A stretch of DNA of 63,794 nt, counting the filler, from Asterionella formosa (taxonomy: Eukaryota): NCBI GenBank assembly GCA_002256025.1. It is 8 parts of 8 records of this genome, joined end to end, with 100 filler letters (N's around TTAATTAATTAA, not from the genome) between each part and the next. Parts side by side here need not be neighbours in the genome. Positions count along the whole stretch, not along the records: positions 19,192 to 38,260 come from NKIB01003847.1; positions 38,361 to 39,540 come from NKIB01003851.1; positions 39,641 to 40,820 come from NKIB01003852.1; positions 40,921 to 42,100 come from NKIB01003853.1; positions 42,201 to 43,381 come from NKIB01003854.1; positions 43,482 to 44,660 come from NKIB01003855.1; positions 44,761 to 63,794 come from NKIB01003856.1; 1 more part is not named here. One strand, written 5' to 3'. How positions within the stretch are numbered: position 1 is the first letter of the stretch; the number at the start of each line of letters is the position of its first letter. Of this stretch, positions 37,274 through 51,439 are shown one piece after another. A model generated the notes under the pieces. The model made no database searches and had not been told where the DNA came from. It was given only the letters and a program-made list of their open reading frames with translations. The position numbers and the translations under genes are program-made.

Positions 37274-40200
37274 TCCTTTCTTCCCTCCCTTTTTGTGTTA
37301 TCTCAGCACAAGTGCGATTACTAGCGTAAGTTTTAATGTGCTTTAAATCCTTAATTAAATACCCTGACAAATCATCACTATTCATCCCAAAGGTAAATCA
37401 GCTGTTGCATCAGGTGTGATAATGACTGTGACGACTGATCATAGTATTAGCAAGGCTATCAGGGGGTAATGGTTGTGCCTGTTCGTGTATACACTTCATA
37501 GGAATTTAGATTAGAATTCTTTCGAAAATCACGTCTATAGTCGAGAACAAAAACAAAGCAGCAAGGAATCAGACGGTAGTCACACTACGAAGGTTTCCGG
37601 AATCCTTTTTGGGAATCGTCGGAAAAGACGCTATCACCATGGCGGAAAAGCAAATGCTCATAGCAGTTTGTGAGAATAAGTCGAAGCAAACGGCGTGATC
37701 ATTGACACGATGCAACATTATGAAGATTATGAAAGGAAAAGAAGAAATAACAGGAAAACCCTGGAAATCACACTCAATTAACAACTCTAACTATGAATGC
37801 AACAATATGGAAATTGCGCTCTTGCCAAGAACGGCGTGTTAGAAGTAAAGATTGCCAAAGCCAGACAAACGGCACTATACTACAGGAATGGAAAGGAGAA
37901 ACAGCAGACAGAAAGGTGCGCATTAAATGTGCGCTCTAGTTGAAACACATAGAGATTCCTGATTCCTGATCAGGTTATGAGTGTCAATATATTTTCGCCT
38001 CTAGTGACCTGATTAGAAACATGTACCACAATCCACTAGATGATTGATTCAAGATTACATGGTTAAATATCGCGTGTAAAATGCCACAGTTGAGAGAGGA
38101 ACTTTCAGGAGAAGTTCTCTCTAACCTGTTAAATGGACTCTAGAAGACGATCAGACCTAGAAGCCAAATCAATAAATGATTGACTAGACAATTACAGATA
38201 TGTCCGTAACATCAAGGAACATTAAAGAAGCAAACTAGATATGATCTAGTTATGATTAACNNNNNNNNNNNNNNNNNNNNNNNNNNNNNNNNNNNNNNNN
38301 NNNNTTAATTAATTAANNNNNNNNNNNNNNNNNNNNNNNNNNNNNNNNNNNNNNNNNNNNAACCTATACATGGTTTCATTTCCATACGTAGGATTATTTA
38401 CCGGGACCAATTCAAATTATAATAACATCTAATATATGTCGGCATACTATAAAATATGTTTCACATAGCTACATACAAAGTAATTTAGTAATTTTGATTT
38501 GTGCTGCTGTCGTTGGGGGACGATGAGACAGCAACTCCTTCTTGATCATGACAATATTATGCACTGAATATCTCCACGAAAAATGACAATTTACTATTGC
38601 TATTTCGTAAATATATATAGCCTAACATAGAAAAGGTAATCATTCAATAAAAAATTTTGATCTAGAAATTGCAACTAGAATTTGTTTTCATAGTTGTTTT
38701 CTCAATTTTGATGATACAAACAAAAACGAGACATTGTTGAGTCCGCAGTGCCAGTGACTAGTTTGATAACTCCTATTGGATAATTATTTCTATCTTACGT
38801 AAAAACAGATGATAAAACTTGAGCAATAGAAATCTCGGAGATGGAGCAACATCTCAAAATGCAAGAAAATACCTCAAGGCATCATTTTTCACTGACCATC
38901 ATGTACAAACTAATTGTCGTGGCTCATATGTCTATGGAATCTTGAGCAGGTCATTTCGATGTTAAATATAGATATACAGCATAAAGACACCATGTAACAA
39001 TACACTGCATGTTCTTCATGCGACTAGAAAATTCGCATTGTGTACAATGTAATGAATTCCCCTGACTGATGGTTTGTGCAATTTCGGACACCTTTTTGCA
39101 AAAATTGTTTTCTTTCCAGGTTACTGAGCCCTTTTGCGGTTGCCTCACCCCTCAACTCCTCTTCTTTCTTTGCCGTAGACACTGTTGTGAGGTGTCTTTC
39201 AACCCACTGCTTCCTTGCTTCTGCTTTGGATTTCTGGGCAATCAGTAAAACAAAACCTCTACTGTGTTTTCATACTTTCTATGTGATTTTTCTGCCACAC
39301 AGCCTTTCCCATTCCTTGAAGTTCTGGACTACCACCACCTCCTTCTGTTTCTCTCCTTCATTGTCCTTCTCTTGCTTATGTACACACATTCTTGCCATCC
39401 TCCTTTGTTGTCATTCACAAGAGGCTGCCACCCGTCTCCATGATATGTAGTGAGAATAGTAGTTGAAATAGTGAAATTAATTATTCGATAGAATTTCTAA
39501 ATTAGTTGAACAGCCTTCAGAAAGTCAGTTTAATGAACTTNNNNNNNNNNNNNNNNNNNNNNNNNNNNNNNNNNNNNNNNNNNNTTAATTAATTAANNNN
39601 NNNNNNNNNNNNNNNNNNNNNNNNNNNNNNNNNNNNNNNNTATAATCCCCGATGTCTTGCACATCATGGGTACTCTGAATAGGTGACTAGAAAGGTTCAC
39701 AATGACATACAGGGCTCACATAATCATTTTTTCAAGCCCAGCTCAACCAGGCGATCGAAAATAGATTTAATTTTTTTTAGCTCACTCGTTTTATTCGTTC
39801 AACTCTGTTTGTTACCTCTGAAATTGTTTAGGATTGATCGCTTTGATAGCATATGGCTGACATTTCCATTTTGGCTGGGTTGCTGTTGGCATTTGTTGCA
39901 GCAAAAGCAACTTTGTCAGGAACACTGCCCAGCGCTGACCACCACGATATGTGCGACCCTCATTCAAACAATATCATCTCAGGAGCATTCATTTCAACTT
40001 GTATGTGTTAATGATTACTTAGAGATCCTGTTTTGACAATTTGCCATTGTTCAATTGTCAAAACTCATGATTTTTCTGCATACACATCATCTTGCAGAAT
40101 TGTCTAAGTCTTTCTTTAGCATTTGCTGGATTGTCAGTTCTTAGAAAACCCACTGTTTTTTGGGTTAGTGCATTGGTCCATACACGCCGTCTCAGGATAA

Positions 40201-42200
40201 TGGCCAAGGAAACGAGAAAACAACTGCCTTTTGACAGGGATGCAATCAATGAGAACCTGGCTTGGCGCATCCCTCTTGTCCTTAGAATTTGCGTTCAACA
40301 CAGATGCAGCTTGGCCATCAGAGCGACAAGGAATCAAATATTTGCAGTTAGTTTTCTTGTTAGTTGGAAGCAATTGTCAATTTGGCTGACCACATGGAAT
40401 TGACAGACACAACACACACACACATACAGGCAGCTTATACCATTGAGCGATGAATTGGATATTTTATACTTGAGTGAGAAAAGGATGACCAGCCATCATG
40501 ATTGAAATCTTGCTAAATGTGAGACTCTAGAGGCTCCCTTACTTGTAATGTTTCCCTTGTCTAGTCTGCAGACTTGTTCTGTTTTATGGCCTTTTTCATG
40601 ACAAGGTCATTGACAGGCACAGCCATACCTTGTTGGATTTCCACTGTGGGTAATTACATTCCAAGTGAAAAGACAATGTGGCATAAAGTACTACAATGCC
40701 TTTTTTGCAGTAATAGTTCATGGAATAATACTGGCCAAGTGTTTGGTTATCATCCTTGTTTTCCCCAGGCTCCTCTACACTAAACTCACAGCTTGTAGTA
40801 CTATCATTGGCTATTTGCCANNNNNNNNNNNNNNNNNNNNNNNNNNNNNNNNNNNNNNNNNNNNTTAATTAATTAANNNNNNNNNNNNNNNNNNNNNNNN
40901 NNNNNNNNNNNNNNNNNNNNACATTTACATTTACATTTACATTACTTAGGCAAGGAACATTTCATTGCATTGCATTGTCTCACTGATTGATTCGTTACCG
41001 ACAAAAGCACAAATGTCGACAGTTTTGACAATTTTGACAATTTTTCGCACAAGCCAACAACTATCCTAGAAATGTTTGTTCAAGTACCGGTATAGATTTT
41101 CTGCAAACCAAACAACGCCCTACTGGTACTACCCGTACCAGCAAATATGCAGGAGGAGCTTCCATTTTAATGTCGTGGTGTTTCGCGTTCGCGAAATATA
41201 GTCGAGACTGAGACTAATAGTGAGACTGATCCATGGCGAAAGTTATCAGCTGGACCTTCTCAAAGGAATCTAGCCAAAGGAAAGATTCTATAATGCCAAA
41301 TGAAAAAGCAAAAATTGCAGGGAATAGGCGAACCCAAAGAAACTACCGGTATGAGCAACAAGAGGAGTTACACTACCGTTATGCGTTATGCAGTTGCCGC
41401 CAAGAATGTCTCCGATTCTTTCCTCGAGCATGGAAATACTGCGGCCAAAAGCCAAAACTCAATCAAGATGAGCCCGCAAATGCAAATGCAAATGCAAATG
41501 TCCTCGTTGATGAAATTTGCTTTGTATCTCAACGATTCATTGAAGAATTCAATATGACTGAAAACAGGACAAGCAAGCAAGGAACAGGGTAGCTATTCGG
41601 AGATATCAATGGTTTTTGTTTGAAACCATTGTATTCTTAGGAGGGGTTGTATGTTGTTTGAATTGAAATTACCGTTACATCAAGGGGATCAGCTACTACC
41701 ATGACAGGAGTTGTATGACCCTAAATATTACATAATACCTGAGTAGGAAATAGAAACCTGTTGTGAAATAACCGATTCATTTGTTTTGAATATTCGTACC
41801 GATATTTATCACAACTCAATTACACCCATTATCATAAGAACTTCGTGGAAGCAAGCAAGAACACAATCGTCATGATAGCTACTGTTACTGTTACTGTTCC
41901 ACCAACGCACTCGATATGACTGCAGAAAGCCAGCTTCTACCAAAGATCATTGCTACTTGCAAAGTATATCAGGCAGATCAGCAGTTGACAGTCCTTCAAA
42001 TTTGTTGTGGCTGGGCTGTGCTGGCTGTTGAGCAATCATATCATTATCTTTGTGCGTGAGCCATTATGTTTGCCTTGCTGTGTATGTCATCGTCGTCGTC
42101 NNNNNNNNNNNNNNNNNNNNNNNNNNNNNNNNNNNNNNNNNNNNTTAATTAATTAANNNNNNNNNNNNNNNNNNNNNNNNNNNNNNNNNNNNNNNNNNNN

Positions 42201-43369
42201 GGTGATCTGAAAAATTCATTGAAAAACAACCCACATCATCAATATAAATTTCCACATCCTCTAAATCACTAAGGATCTGTTCCATAGGTTCTTGTGCAAT
42301 GTCAGATGATTGTTTCACCCCCATAGGGAGACGTAAACATTTATATAAACCAAATGGAGTTGAAGTAACACACAATTTTTGACTCTCCTCATCCAATGCA
42401 AAAGTATAGTATTGCATGGAAACATCCAATTTGGTGAAAAATACATATCCAGCACGTTTAGTGAGAATAGTTTGTATTCGAGGCAAAGGATATATATTGC
42501 GATTGATGACTTTATTAACTTCACGAAAATCTGATACCCATCGGACACTTCCATCCTTTTTTTGGAATAATAAAAGTGGGAGATGCCCATTTAGAAGCAC
42601 CACATTTTTGGAGGACTCCAATATCACATAATCGTTATAATTCCGTTTTGAAAACTTCTAAATGAATATGAGCGACCGGATATGCTCGTTGATGACGAGG
42701 GACAGCATCTGATAATAATTCCAAATGTACCTGTTTATGAGGATAGACTTTTAATTTGCCATCAAATAATGTTTGATATTTAACCAATATAGATCGTAAA
42801 CATGATCGTTGTATTGTTGTCAAATGTATCTGTTTATCCACCACTGTATCAATATTTACGTAATTATATTCAGCAGCTTTAATTTCCAGCGCATATGAAG
42901 ATTCCACAATCATAAGTGCATAGAAATATAATAATATATCTCGTAAACGTTCTCTATCATCAAAGAATGTGAGAGGATGCATAGGAACAATCATATCCAT
43001 ACAGGACATGGTGTTATTTACGAAGTCAATGGTTAAGCCAACTTGACGTAGGAAATCACGTCCTAAAATAACATCAAATGTGCATAGACCATTAAAGACT
43101 TGACACTTTTCTTGTAAAATATGAGCGGATCGATTAAATTCCGGTAAAATCAGGTCATATAGCATGACACTGGCATGAGATGAATAAGTACCAGCTATGG
43201 TATGTATTAATTGGGAAGTCTCCTCGTCAGACAAAGAAATACCTTGAGGCATACTAACCCGTTCATGTATTAAGGATAACGATCCTCCACTATCGAATAA
43301 TACTCGTAGTATTTGATGTATCGGTATATTATCCACCAATCTTGGCGCTAAAAGGGACATCGGAATCAA
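42201..43369 (-). mobile_element. Ty3/Gypsy pol fragment (aspartic protease + RT), disrupted
   Basis: VLFDSGGS and DVILGRDFL (protease); VRWVSDFRE, YPLPRIQ, KLDVSMQYY, RLPMG, YIDD (RT). Stop/frameshift near 42630. Confidence 0.9.
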
Positions 43370-43481
43370 ATCAATTGATGTNNNNNNNNNNNNNNNNNNN
43401 NNNNNNNNNNNNNNNNNNNNNNNNNTTAATTAATTAANNNNNNNNNNNNNNNNNNNNNNNNNNNNNNNNNNNNNNNNNNNN

Positions 43482-43608
43482 GATGGGTTGGACGTAACGC
43501 TTCAAGTACATACTTCGTGCTTGGCTGGATGGAAAAGGCAGCCGTACCGAGGCGAAGATGCATCGCAGCCAGCGAAGCGAGCAAAAAAACAGTTGGAATA
43601 ATTCTCAT
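43482..43608 (-). CDS. 5' end of a probable plastid-targeted protein (truncated by the gap)
   Basis: MRIIPTVFLLASLAAMHLRLGTAA-FSIQPS: signal peptide followed by Phe at +1, the ASAFAP-type motif of complex-plastid algae. Confidence 0.55.
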
Positions 43609-45555
43609 ACTTCCTTGCTCTTCAAAATTGAAATTGAATTGTGACTGCTAGCTAATAAATAAATATACTCAGTATATTCAAAATCAAATCTTTGAGAACC
43701 CACTCTGAATGCATTTATTTGAGAACCCTGCTACCAGGTACCATCCTAAATCAATCATCATACATAGAAGGTATATTCGTGCTCATACTTTCAATACAGG
43801 TACCGGTATCATCATTTCACGCACGGTAAAAAATCTGGTTCTCCGCCCTCTGCCATGGGGTCTGTGTCACTCTTCATACGAGCGAGATGAGTATCGTACC
43901 GGTACGTATTCTTACCGTATATTTAGACTACCAGGTACCAGGTACAGGTACCTGGTGGGTACCTGGTATCAGGTACGACCAGAATAGAAAATACTGCAAT
44001 CTGAACAATGTGTTACACAACTACTAGGTACTGGTATCTCCTGGAGATCATACATAAGAATGCAAAAATGTGATTACTGGTACTGGGCGGTACATGATTG
44101 GCAAGTTTCGCCAATCGAGTTATTTAACTTGATCTTTTCTTATGTCAAAACGTGTTTTACCAGATACCCTGGTATTGGTACTGGAGCAGGTTACTCCGGA
44201 GTAATAGACTCATCAGTACCAGGTGCCAGGTTGCCCTCATGGTAACGGTACGTATGTGTTCCTGATACATCACGCCACGAGTTGCATCAATAAAAGGATG
44301 AGAACACGATGAGAAGAATATGATAGCACGAGTTCGCATCATGTCAGCACCGGTAGACCTGCACGTGAGGCAAAGGTGACATCATCATACAAAACTATTT
44401 GTACAGAGGAATTAGTATGTTTCGCAACAACATGTAACGAAATTCTTTCATCGGACACCTGCCAGCAATGACGTAAAAATCGATGGCAGTGGCAGCCCAT
44501 GCCTGTCATCACTCGCAGCCAGCTCGTGAGTTCAGACAAAGGAGTTCCAAACAGGGGGAGGTATCATCGGCATGCATCCAGCGCTTGGGCAAGTCGCCGG
44601 GGCTGCTCCAAGCAATCCATCCGGATCATTCAATGCAGCACTAGCACCCGCCAAGGAAGANNNNNNNNNNNNNNNNNNNNNNNNNNNNNNNNNNNNNNNN
44701 NNNNTTAATTAATTAANNNNNNNNNNNNNNNNNNNNNNNNNNNNNNNNNNNNNNNNNNNNACCACAGGGTGTTAATTTTGCTCGGTGGACTTTCCCCTCC
44801 TTCTGCCAATCGCTTGCAGATTTGTTTCTGTGCAGTTTTGAGTGGTCGAACGAATCAATCGGACAAATTGGTTTGTCACATATCGTTAGTATTTAACAAC
44901 CGAATGATAAATTCATTTAGGTTTCAATCTTGGAGGAAACAAGAAAATACGAGTTGACATGATGGGTCCTACATAAATGACCCAAGGGTATGGTACCAGT
45001 GCTGGACCTACGGTACCCTAAAATACTGCTTCGAAAATATACTGGGTGGTACCTGGTACTATGTACTGTACACTACCGGTAGTAATTTCATGTCCTATGA
45101 TCGCTGGGACGCAAATGCGTTGAATTGATATGGTTCACGTATGCTATTTCGTGTACAGCATACAGAACTGTTGCGAGGACTCCCGCGGAGTGCCTGGTAC
45201 TCCAAAGGGTAAAAATAATTGACCTTGTGTATTGATCCTATCATGGACGAGATTCCGCTAGACTACCGGTACCCGGTACAAGCAGTACCGGTATGTAAAT
45301 GATGTAATCTAGCCACAACAAATGTACCGGTACAACGGAGAACTTACGACCCCTAAACGTTTTTGTTGAAAACTGCACAGACGCGATTATGCAAATTTGA
45401 ACGGATATAATCGAACAATCGACGACACCTTTGCTCTCATTCTTGTTGCTGCCTTGTTACCAGGTATCCAGTTGAAACCCATTCCAGCTCTCTACATTCC
45501 GATAAAGGTAGAATACTCTTTCAAAATTATCATACGTAAACCCTGAAGGTTGTTT

Positions 45556-48500
45556 CATTGATGCATCATGGGATTATGATAATCTGATCATAATTTTTCG
45601 TTGTATCATCTACTAATTTTGATAAATGCCCTCGTAATTTAAATAGTAACCCTTTTGACTATGGAAATTTATATATGTATTGTTTCTTTTAGGTTCCTTT
45701 ATTTGAATTTCTTGATAGGATAATGTACCAGTTAGAGTAATGTGGTTTGGCTCATCATCCTCGCCAGTCCTCACTCTGATTCTTGCAACAACGACAAACC
45801 AGCCTTGTCGAAAGGAACAAGTGTTTGTGATAAAATCATCATTTGTCATTCAAATCATCATATGTCTTCCATGAATCATCATCAACATTGCACAGTATGT
45901 TTGTACAATGCAATCCGTTAAGAGCTTGAAAAGAAATCCAATGAAAACGAAATGGCTCATCACACAAGACAAATACTTCCGGCCGGTCTGTCACCAGAGC
46001 ATCAATCAGTGTTACAACCTCAATCATAGCTGAACAACATCCATTATAGAACAGCACAATCTACTTCTCTGTAACATTGTCTCTCTAACAAGAACGTAAT
46101 ACATCTAGAATTGAAACGCAGTATAGCAGGCAATATGCACAAAGAAGCATGAGACTGTTTATTTATAGTAACACTGTGATTCTGGTTTCGTAATTTTCAT
46201 GTCTCATTAGATTTTCTTTGTCATCATACTAGTTCCTTAGTACCTTTGAAGACAGGAGCGTATTCTTTGATGTATCTGGAATATTTCAATGGATGGCAGC
46301 AGTTGGATTTAGACACAAACCTCAACAAAAGCACTAGTACTTTGTAGATGTTCATGAAAAGCAAAACACTTTGGCCTATCGAACACCAGCCAGTCTATTT
46401 GCAAAAATGCAAGAAGCACAAGTTGAATGCCCATTTATGGATTCAAGTTTCAGTAGTGCAACAACGTAAAATATTAGAAAACGGAAGTCACATTTCATCT
46501 AATTACGTTTTTCATTAGCTATACTAGTAGCTAGTATTGATTGGTGCAAGGAAGCAATGGTAGAATGGTTGCCAAACGGGCGGGGCAAACACAGAGAATC
46601 CTACTAATTTTTCACCCCAATGATTCCAGACCCTTTTTGAATGTCACTTGCTACAGAAAATGGAGAACAGCCGCCATGATCTGTTGATTGTTGCTTTATG
46701 ATGCCACTGACCAAAACCCCCAGAAATCTCAATGAATTGCTTGAGCAACTACTCCAGTATAAAATATGATCTTTAATCAATCAATTTTGATTCGTTTATC
46801 CTATACCTTTGATCATAACATATTGACCATATGATGAACGGTGTCGTTGATGAGAAAATGAAAGATTAAAATTTATTTTCAAGAATCAGGATTAATTGAT
46901 CTTAAAAATATGATCAAATGATCCTAATCACATGAGCATATTCAGTTTTTCGCTGCACTATTGTGGCATTTCCATGATGGAAGTAATTACCAGCAATTAT
47001 ACAGTACTACCGGTAGGCCATATGAATTTTGGTCAATATGTCTGTATACATAAATGTATGATTTCGACCATTTGAAAAATTGGTGATGACTCCCGTTTAT
47101 TAGGGGGCATAATTAAATCAGCCACTGACTTGTAGGTACAAGAATTGACACAAAACAAATCGAAAAAATTCAACAGGTCGTGGAAAACTATGAACTCATC
47201 ATGCATTGTATATATTTGAATTATGTATAATCAAAATTGATATTAGTTTACACAGGATGTGCCGTGTAATGAGCGTGTTTAAAGCAAACTATGCAAATGT
47301 TCAACTATATATACATTTAAACTTCTTACAAATCTTTATATAGATGTATTCATGGCTGAAACATTTGAAATCATGTTTTCATGTTCCTTGTCATGCATAC
47401 ATTTTGCTCCTGAAATGAAGGATTATCACACATGATGACACGGAAAACGAAAGTGATAATACAGCACAATGATACTTGCGGCTTAGAAGAGAAGGGCGGA
47501 ATCAATTGATGGTAAAAAGTCATGAGCAAATGCCTTTCATGTTTCTTGTCATGCCTGCATTTCCTGAAATGAAGGATCTCAACCAACACATGATGCGAAA
47601 AACTGAAGTGACAATACAGCATGATAAGAATGAGTGAATGTGATGGAGAAGGGCGGAATCAACAAGCTGTGCATAGCATCACGGTTTGTGAAGAGCAAAT
47701 GCCAAGATGATCAATTGCTGGGATTACAAATACGGAATGACTCGTCCCCTTTCAGTGATTCAATTGCTCCTTTTCGATTTTGTGGCTGGCCAACCGTCAA
47801 TGTGGACAAGCGAAATCGGTAAGTACTGCCTATCAGCCATCTTTGGATCAATCCACAACTGTTAGAAAAACTGACACATATGTGTTACTTCTTTCAGGAT
47901 AATGGTAGACAAACAGTATTTGTAAGTTACAAACAGCAGTGTTGGGGCCCATTTATGGATCGATACTTTCTCATTCAGTCTTCAGCTGACACGCACATTA
48001 TTTTACAGAAATATGCATCAGTTACTTCCTCAATTTGTGGTAAGTGAAGCAAGATAGAAGCAAAATGAATGATGTTGTGTAAGCAAAACATGAACAGCTA
48101 AAAATGAATTGCTTCTCTTTGTTACTATGGCTGATTGGAACAACGAAACGGATTCAATAGTGCCTGAATGCAAACTCAGAACCCTCAGTAGTAAATGGAA
48201 CAACGCAGGGGAACAACGCACGGCAAGGCAACCAGTACAACAACCTTCAGAATTGGATTGGGGGGAATGTGGAAGTGAAAACTGGAGCACCAATCATGGC
48301 GATGAGAGCATTGTAGAACATTCTGTAGCCACTCAAGAAATAGAAACATAAAACCATTCTTAGCTAAATATAGTTCTAAATTTCGATCAATTTCATCCTA
48401 TTTTAGACAGTGATATCGATGAGAATTACGATCATGCTAAGATAGATGAATGACAAAAGTATACACATCATATGACCATGTTTCACTAATTATATGATGC

Positions 48501-48686
48501 AATGGTATTATAACTATGATAGTATCATCATACTTCAAGCTCGGTAAAAGTTTACTGCATGATCATAATTATAGGATACATTGATCATATTTTTGATCGA
48601 AAAACTATCATATATGTAAAAATCCTATGCCACTTAGCTTACAATACCCTTGATTATATATTCATGATAGTTTTTATTTACAGACG
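45556..48686. mobile_element. Non-autonomous deletion derivative of the Plavaka/CMC family
   Basis: 45556-46160 is similar to 3444-4060. 48520-48686 is similar to 14200-14362 and ends in the same ...CAGACG. TT flanks both sides (2-bp TSD). Most of the left TIR is deleted. No transposase. Confidence 0.8.
47371..47665. repeat. ~156-bp tandem duplication
   Basis: CCTGAAATGAAGGAT at ~47409 and ~47563; GAGAAGGGCGGAATCAA at ~47489 and ~47646. Confidence 0.75.
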
Positions 48687-49009
48687 TTGGCATAGTAAAA
48701 AAACCGCCAAGTTCCTTTCTGCAGTTTCTCGCCAGAAATTATATACTGATGCTATTTGAAAGTTACCTATGCATCTAAATCGCCGTCAGACCCAGCTAAC
48801 GTTTAGCTATCGTCGTCCAAAAACTCGACAAAATTGGCCTTTTCTACGGTCGCCAAAATATCGGAATCAGAATTACTATGAGCCAAAACGTCATCATCGG
48901 AATAGCACTAGTCGTGTGCCGGAATTTTTAGTCCTAAATCTCTTGTCCAACAAATTCCATTGTAAGTGCCCGCTTCCACATTTACAATATGATTATTCAA
49001 CATGAATTA

Positions 49010-50477
49010 CTTACGTCCATTTGATTTGCCTGATCTGCAGGGCGTTCCAAACTTCTGCCGGCCACACTGGATTCACATGTAATACCAGTACCGGGACTAC
49101 GATACGCTTTGCCTTGAAAGAATGGACAGATTGGTCTGTGCTGCTTTTTCTATGATGATCATTCCGGACGCAATGTTTGCATTGCGCATTTGCATTCTTT
49201 GTTGTGGCCTCCTGATCTTGGTCTTCTAATAAAGCCACCTCAGAGCTGTAACAAGTCTTTCCAGTTTTATTATCGTGTCTTTCTTGTTTGACAGCTTCAA
49301 ATCGTGCAGCATGAATTTTTTCGTTTCGTTTCGTTTCGTTTCGTTTCGTTTCCTTTTCCGATTGAATTGCGCTTTGAAGTAGGTTGCACCATCGTTCCAT
49401 AGCTTTTTCTTCTGTTTCCAGAAGGATTCTTGCAGTTGGGACATTTTCATTCCACATCGTTTGTATACATCTTTATTGTATTTCGTGACTCCTACCTTTG
49501 ATTTTACTCGATAGTCTAGGATCTTTCTTGTGTAGCCACCAATACAGAATGCATGTCCACTTATAGAGTTGTATTTATTCCCACTGGATCACTGCTGCCA
49601 TCCCATATCATAAGTAATGGTGAGTTGCGGCATATTGAGTACAGACATGCGCTCTGTAACAGGTAGACTATTCCACCACTGGAAATCTTGTCCTTTGTCA
49701 GCCCAATCGCCGCGTTCACGCACATTCAGTGTTTGATATATTTCCTCCCAACAAGCCTCTTCCATAGCAAGAGCAGTGGTTGCCACTTCCGCTCACCAAC
49801 TTTCTCTTCTACCGCTGTGAAATTACCTTGGGTTGACCAAAATCCAACTGCAAGAGGTAAGTTCATTGCAGAACAAACAATGTCGGCGTCAACAGGTCCC
49901 AATCCTGATTCTCGACAACCAAGAATAAACTGCTAGTTGATTGCAAACTGTTTTGCTTCTTTTTTCTTTATCTCACCATGGTCTTCATCTTCGTTGTTGC
50001 AGCTTCTTGCAGATTCGAGTTTTTTTGGCAGGTCAAACATGCTATTTTGACGGCACTTGCCAACCAGTAGGTCTCCGATGACATGACAATCAAGGGTTGC
50101 ATTACTGATTTTTCTAACAAGGCTTGTTCCAAGAAAGAATCGCATTTCTCTGCCATTTTAATGTGGTAGGCACTTTGGTTTTGTAGGTAAGTTGCAAAGG
50201 CACGAACAGTTTGTTTACTAAATTTGTCAACAAATGTACTAACACATGTTCTGCAAAACAAATTTTTCTGCAGCAATGTCGACAATGAAGGATAATCGAT
50301 GACTTGATTCCTGCTTTGTTGAAAAGCTGGTTGAATGGTAGATGTGATTGTTGCGGGAGGAGGTTGTTTGATTGTAGGACACCACCAATTCTGATTTTCG
50401 TCATTGACTATATTGCGACGTCCATGACCACCAACTCCAATTTCTGCTAAAAGACGGCCACCACTGGAGCGCGGCAT
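49010..50477 (-). pseudogene. Kolobok/Mutator-like (PF20700-type) DDE transposase, frameshifted and apparently C-terminally deleted
   Basis: LFCRTC...LASAVKIACLTC, FAIN*QFILG, LTITYDMGWQQ*SSGNKYNSISGHAFCIGGYTRKILDYRVKSK, CKHC. Confidence 0.75.
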
Positions 50478-50678
50478 GTTGCTTTAGTTGTCAATGTTGT
50501 TTGTTGTTATTACTGATGTGTTAAATTAATAAATGATAAAACAACGTTGACAAAATAATATAGAATACAAGAAGAGTACATGCCAACTCACTTCTAGATG
50601 ATGAGTTTGAAAGAACATACGCACTAGGTGCATTGATGTAAAATATTCTATTGAAATGAATGAAAATAATAAAATAAA

Positions 50679-50929
50679 CTAATCACTACTAGATTTTGAA
50701 CCTTTAGAAACAGATTTGAAGCCAGTGTACTCTTCGTTTCGGTCCTTGCTTTTCAATTGGGATCAAACCCCCTTCAAACAAGAGTCAGGAAGTTCCATGC
50801 GAATACCTTTTCCCAATGGTCCACAGTAAACTCTGATTAAGAACATGTAGAGAAGGTTGCGGACTCTTGACGCCATAATCTCTTCATCCTTCAGTTTGCT
50901 GAGAATGTCATCATCTTCATCTAAGACGC
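50679..50929 (-). pseudogene. KolX / P2X7-ballast-like ORF, C-terminal part
   Basis: Translates RVRNLLYMFLIRVYCGPLGKGIRMELPDSCLKGV*SQLKSKDRNEEYTGFK, matching the G-x-LG-x-G-x-R-x2-LP-x-C...R...YTGF signature. Confidence 0.7.
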
Positions 50930-51439
50930 CGTTTGCGGCACTTTCTTGAATTTATGTCTAAAGTGACGTATTTATGCTACTTTTCTAAAATATTATGTTA
51001 CTTTTTTGAAATATTATGCTACTTTTTCCATAATTTATTCGGGTTAAACAAAAATTTATTTCACTTATCGAATAATTATGTGATCACACCAATCATTATG
51101 TGTGTTTGTGACAATATATGTTGACCAACTAGCCATCGCAACAGTATAAAAGCGAAATTATGCTGCTCTGCCGCAATATTATGCTGCTTTCACCATATAA
51201 TGAACAAAAGAGTCGCCGATTCCGATTCACTTATTATTTTTTCCGCTCCAACAAATTTCTTTGATCTGAACTGGCAAAGAATAACACATGCAAGAGGAAG
51301 ATTCACACAGTAGAATTCAGCACACGTAGTAGTAGTTGATGTTGTAGACACATTATTAAGTCATTGTTGATTGTAGAGATTACAATAGCCTGCCAGATTG
51401 CAAATAAAGCACCGTTGGTACTCGTTGAGCATTGTTGAG

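Noticed and set aside
39641..40820. Faint piggyBac-like transposase traces on the minus strand
   Set aside because: Too many stops and frameshifts; no catalytic motif I can align with confidence.
41233..41592. 119-aa ORF on a small contig
   Set aside because: No recognisable motif, competing overlapping frames and a microsatellite-derived segment.
44433..44660. Possible LTR start (TGTAACG) followed by an MPVITRSQ ORF
   Set aside because: Truncated by the gap; no partner LTR or retroelement domain visible.
40665..44708. ORFs ending in X runs or LIN
   Set aside because: They read into the artificial N/TTAATTAATTAA linkers; only the real-sequence parts were considered.
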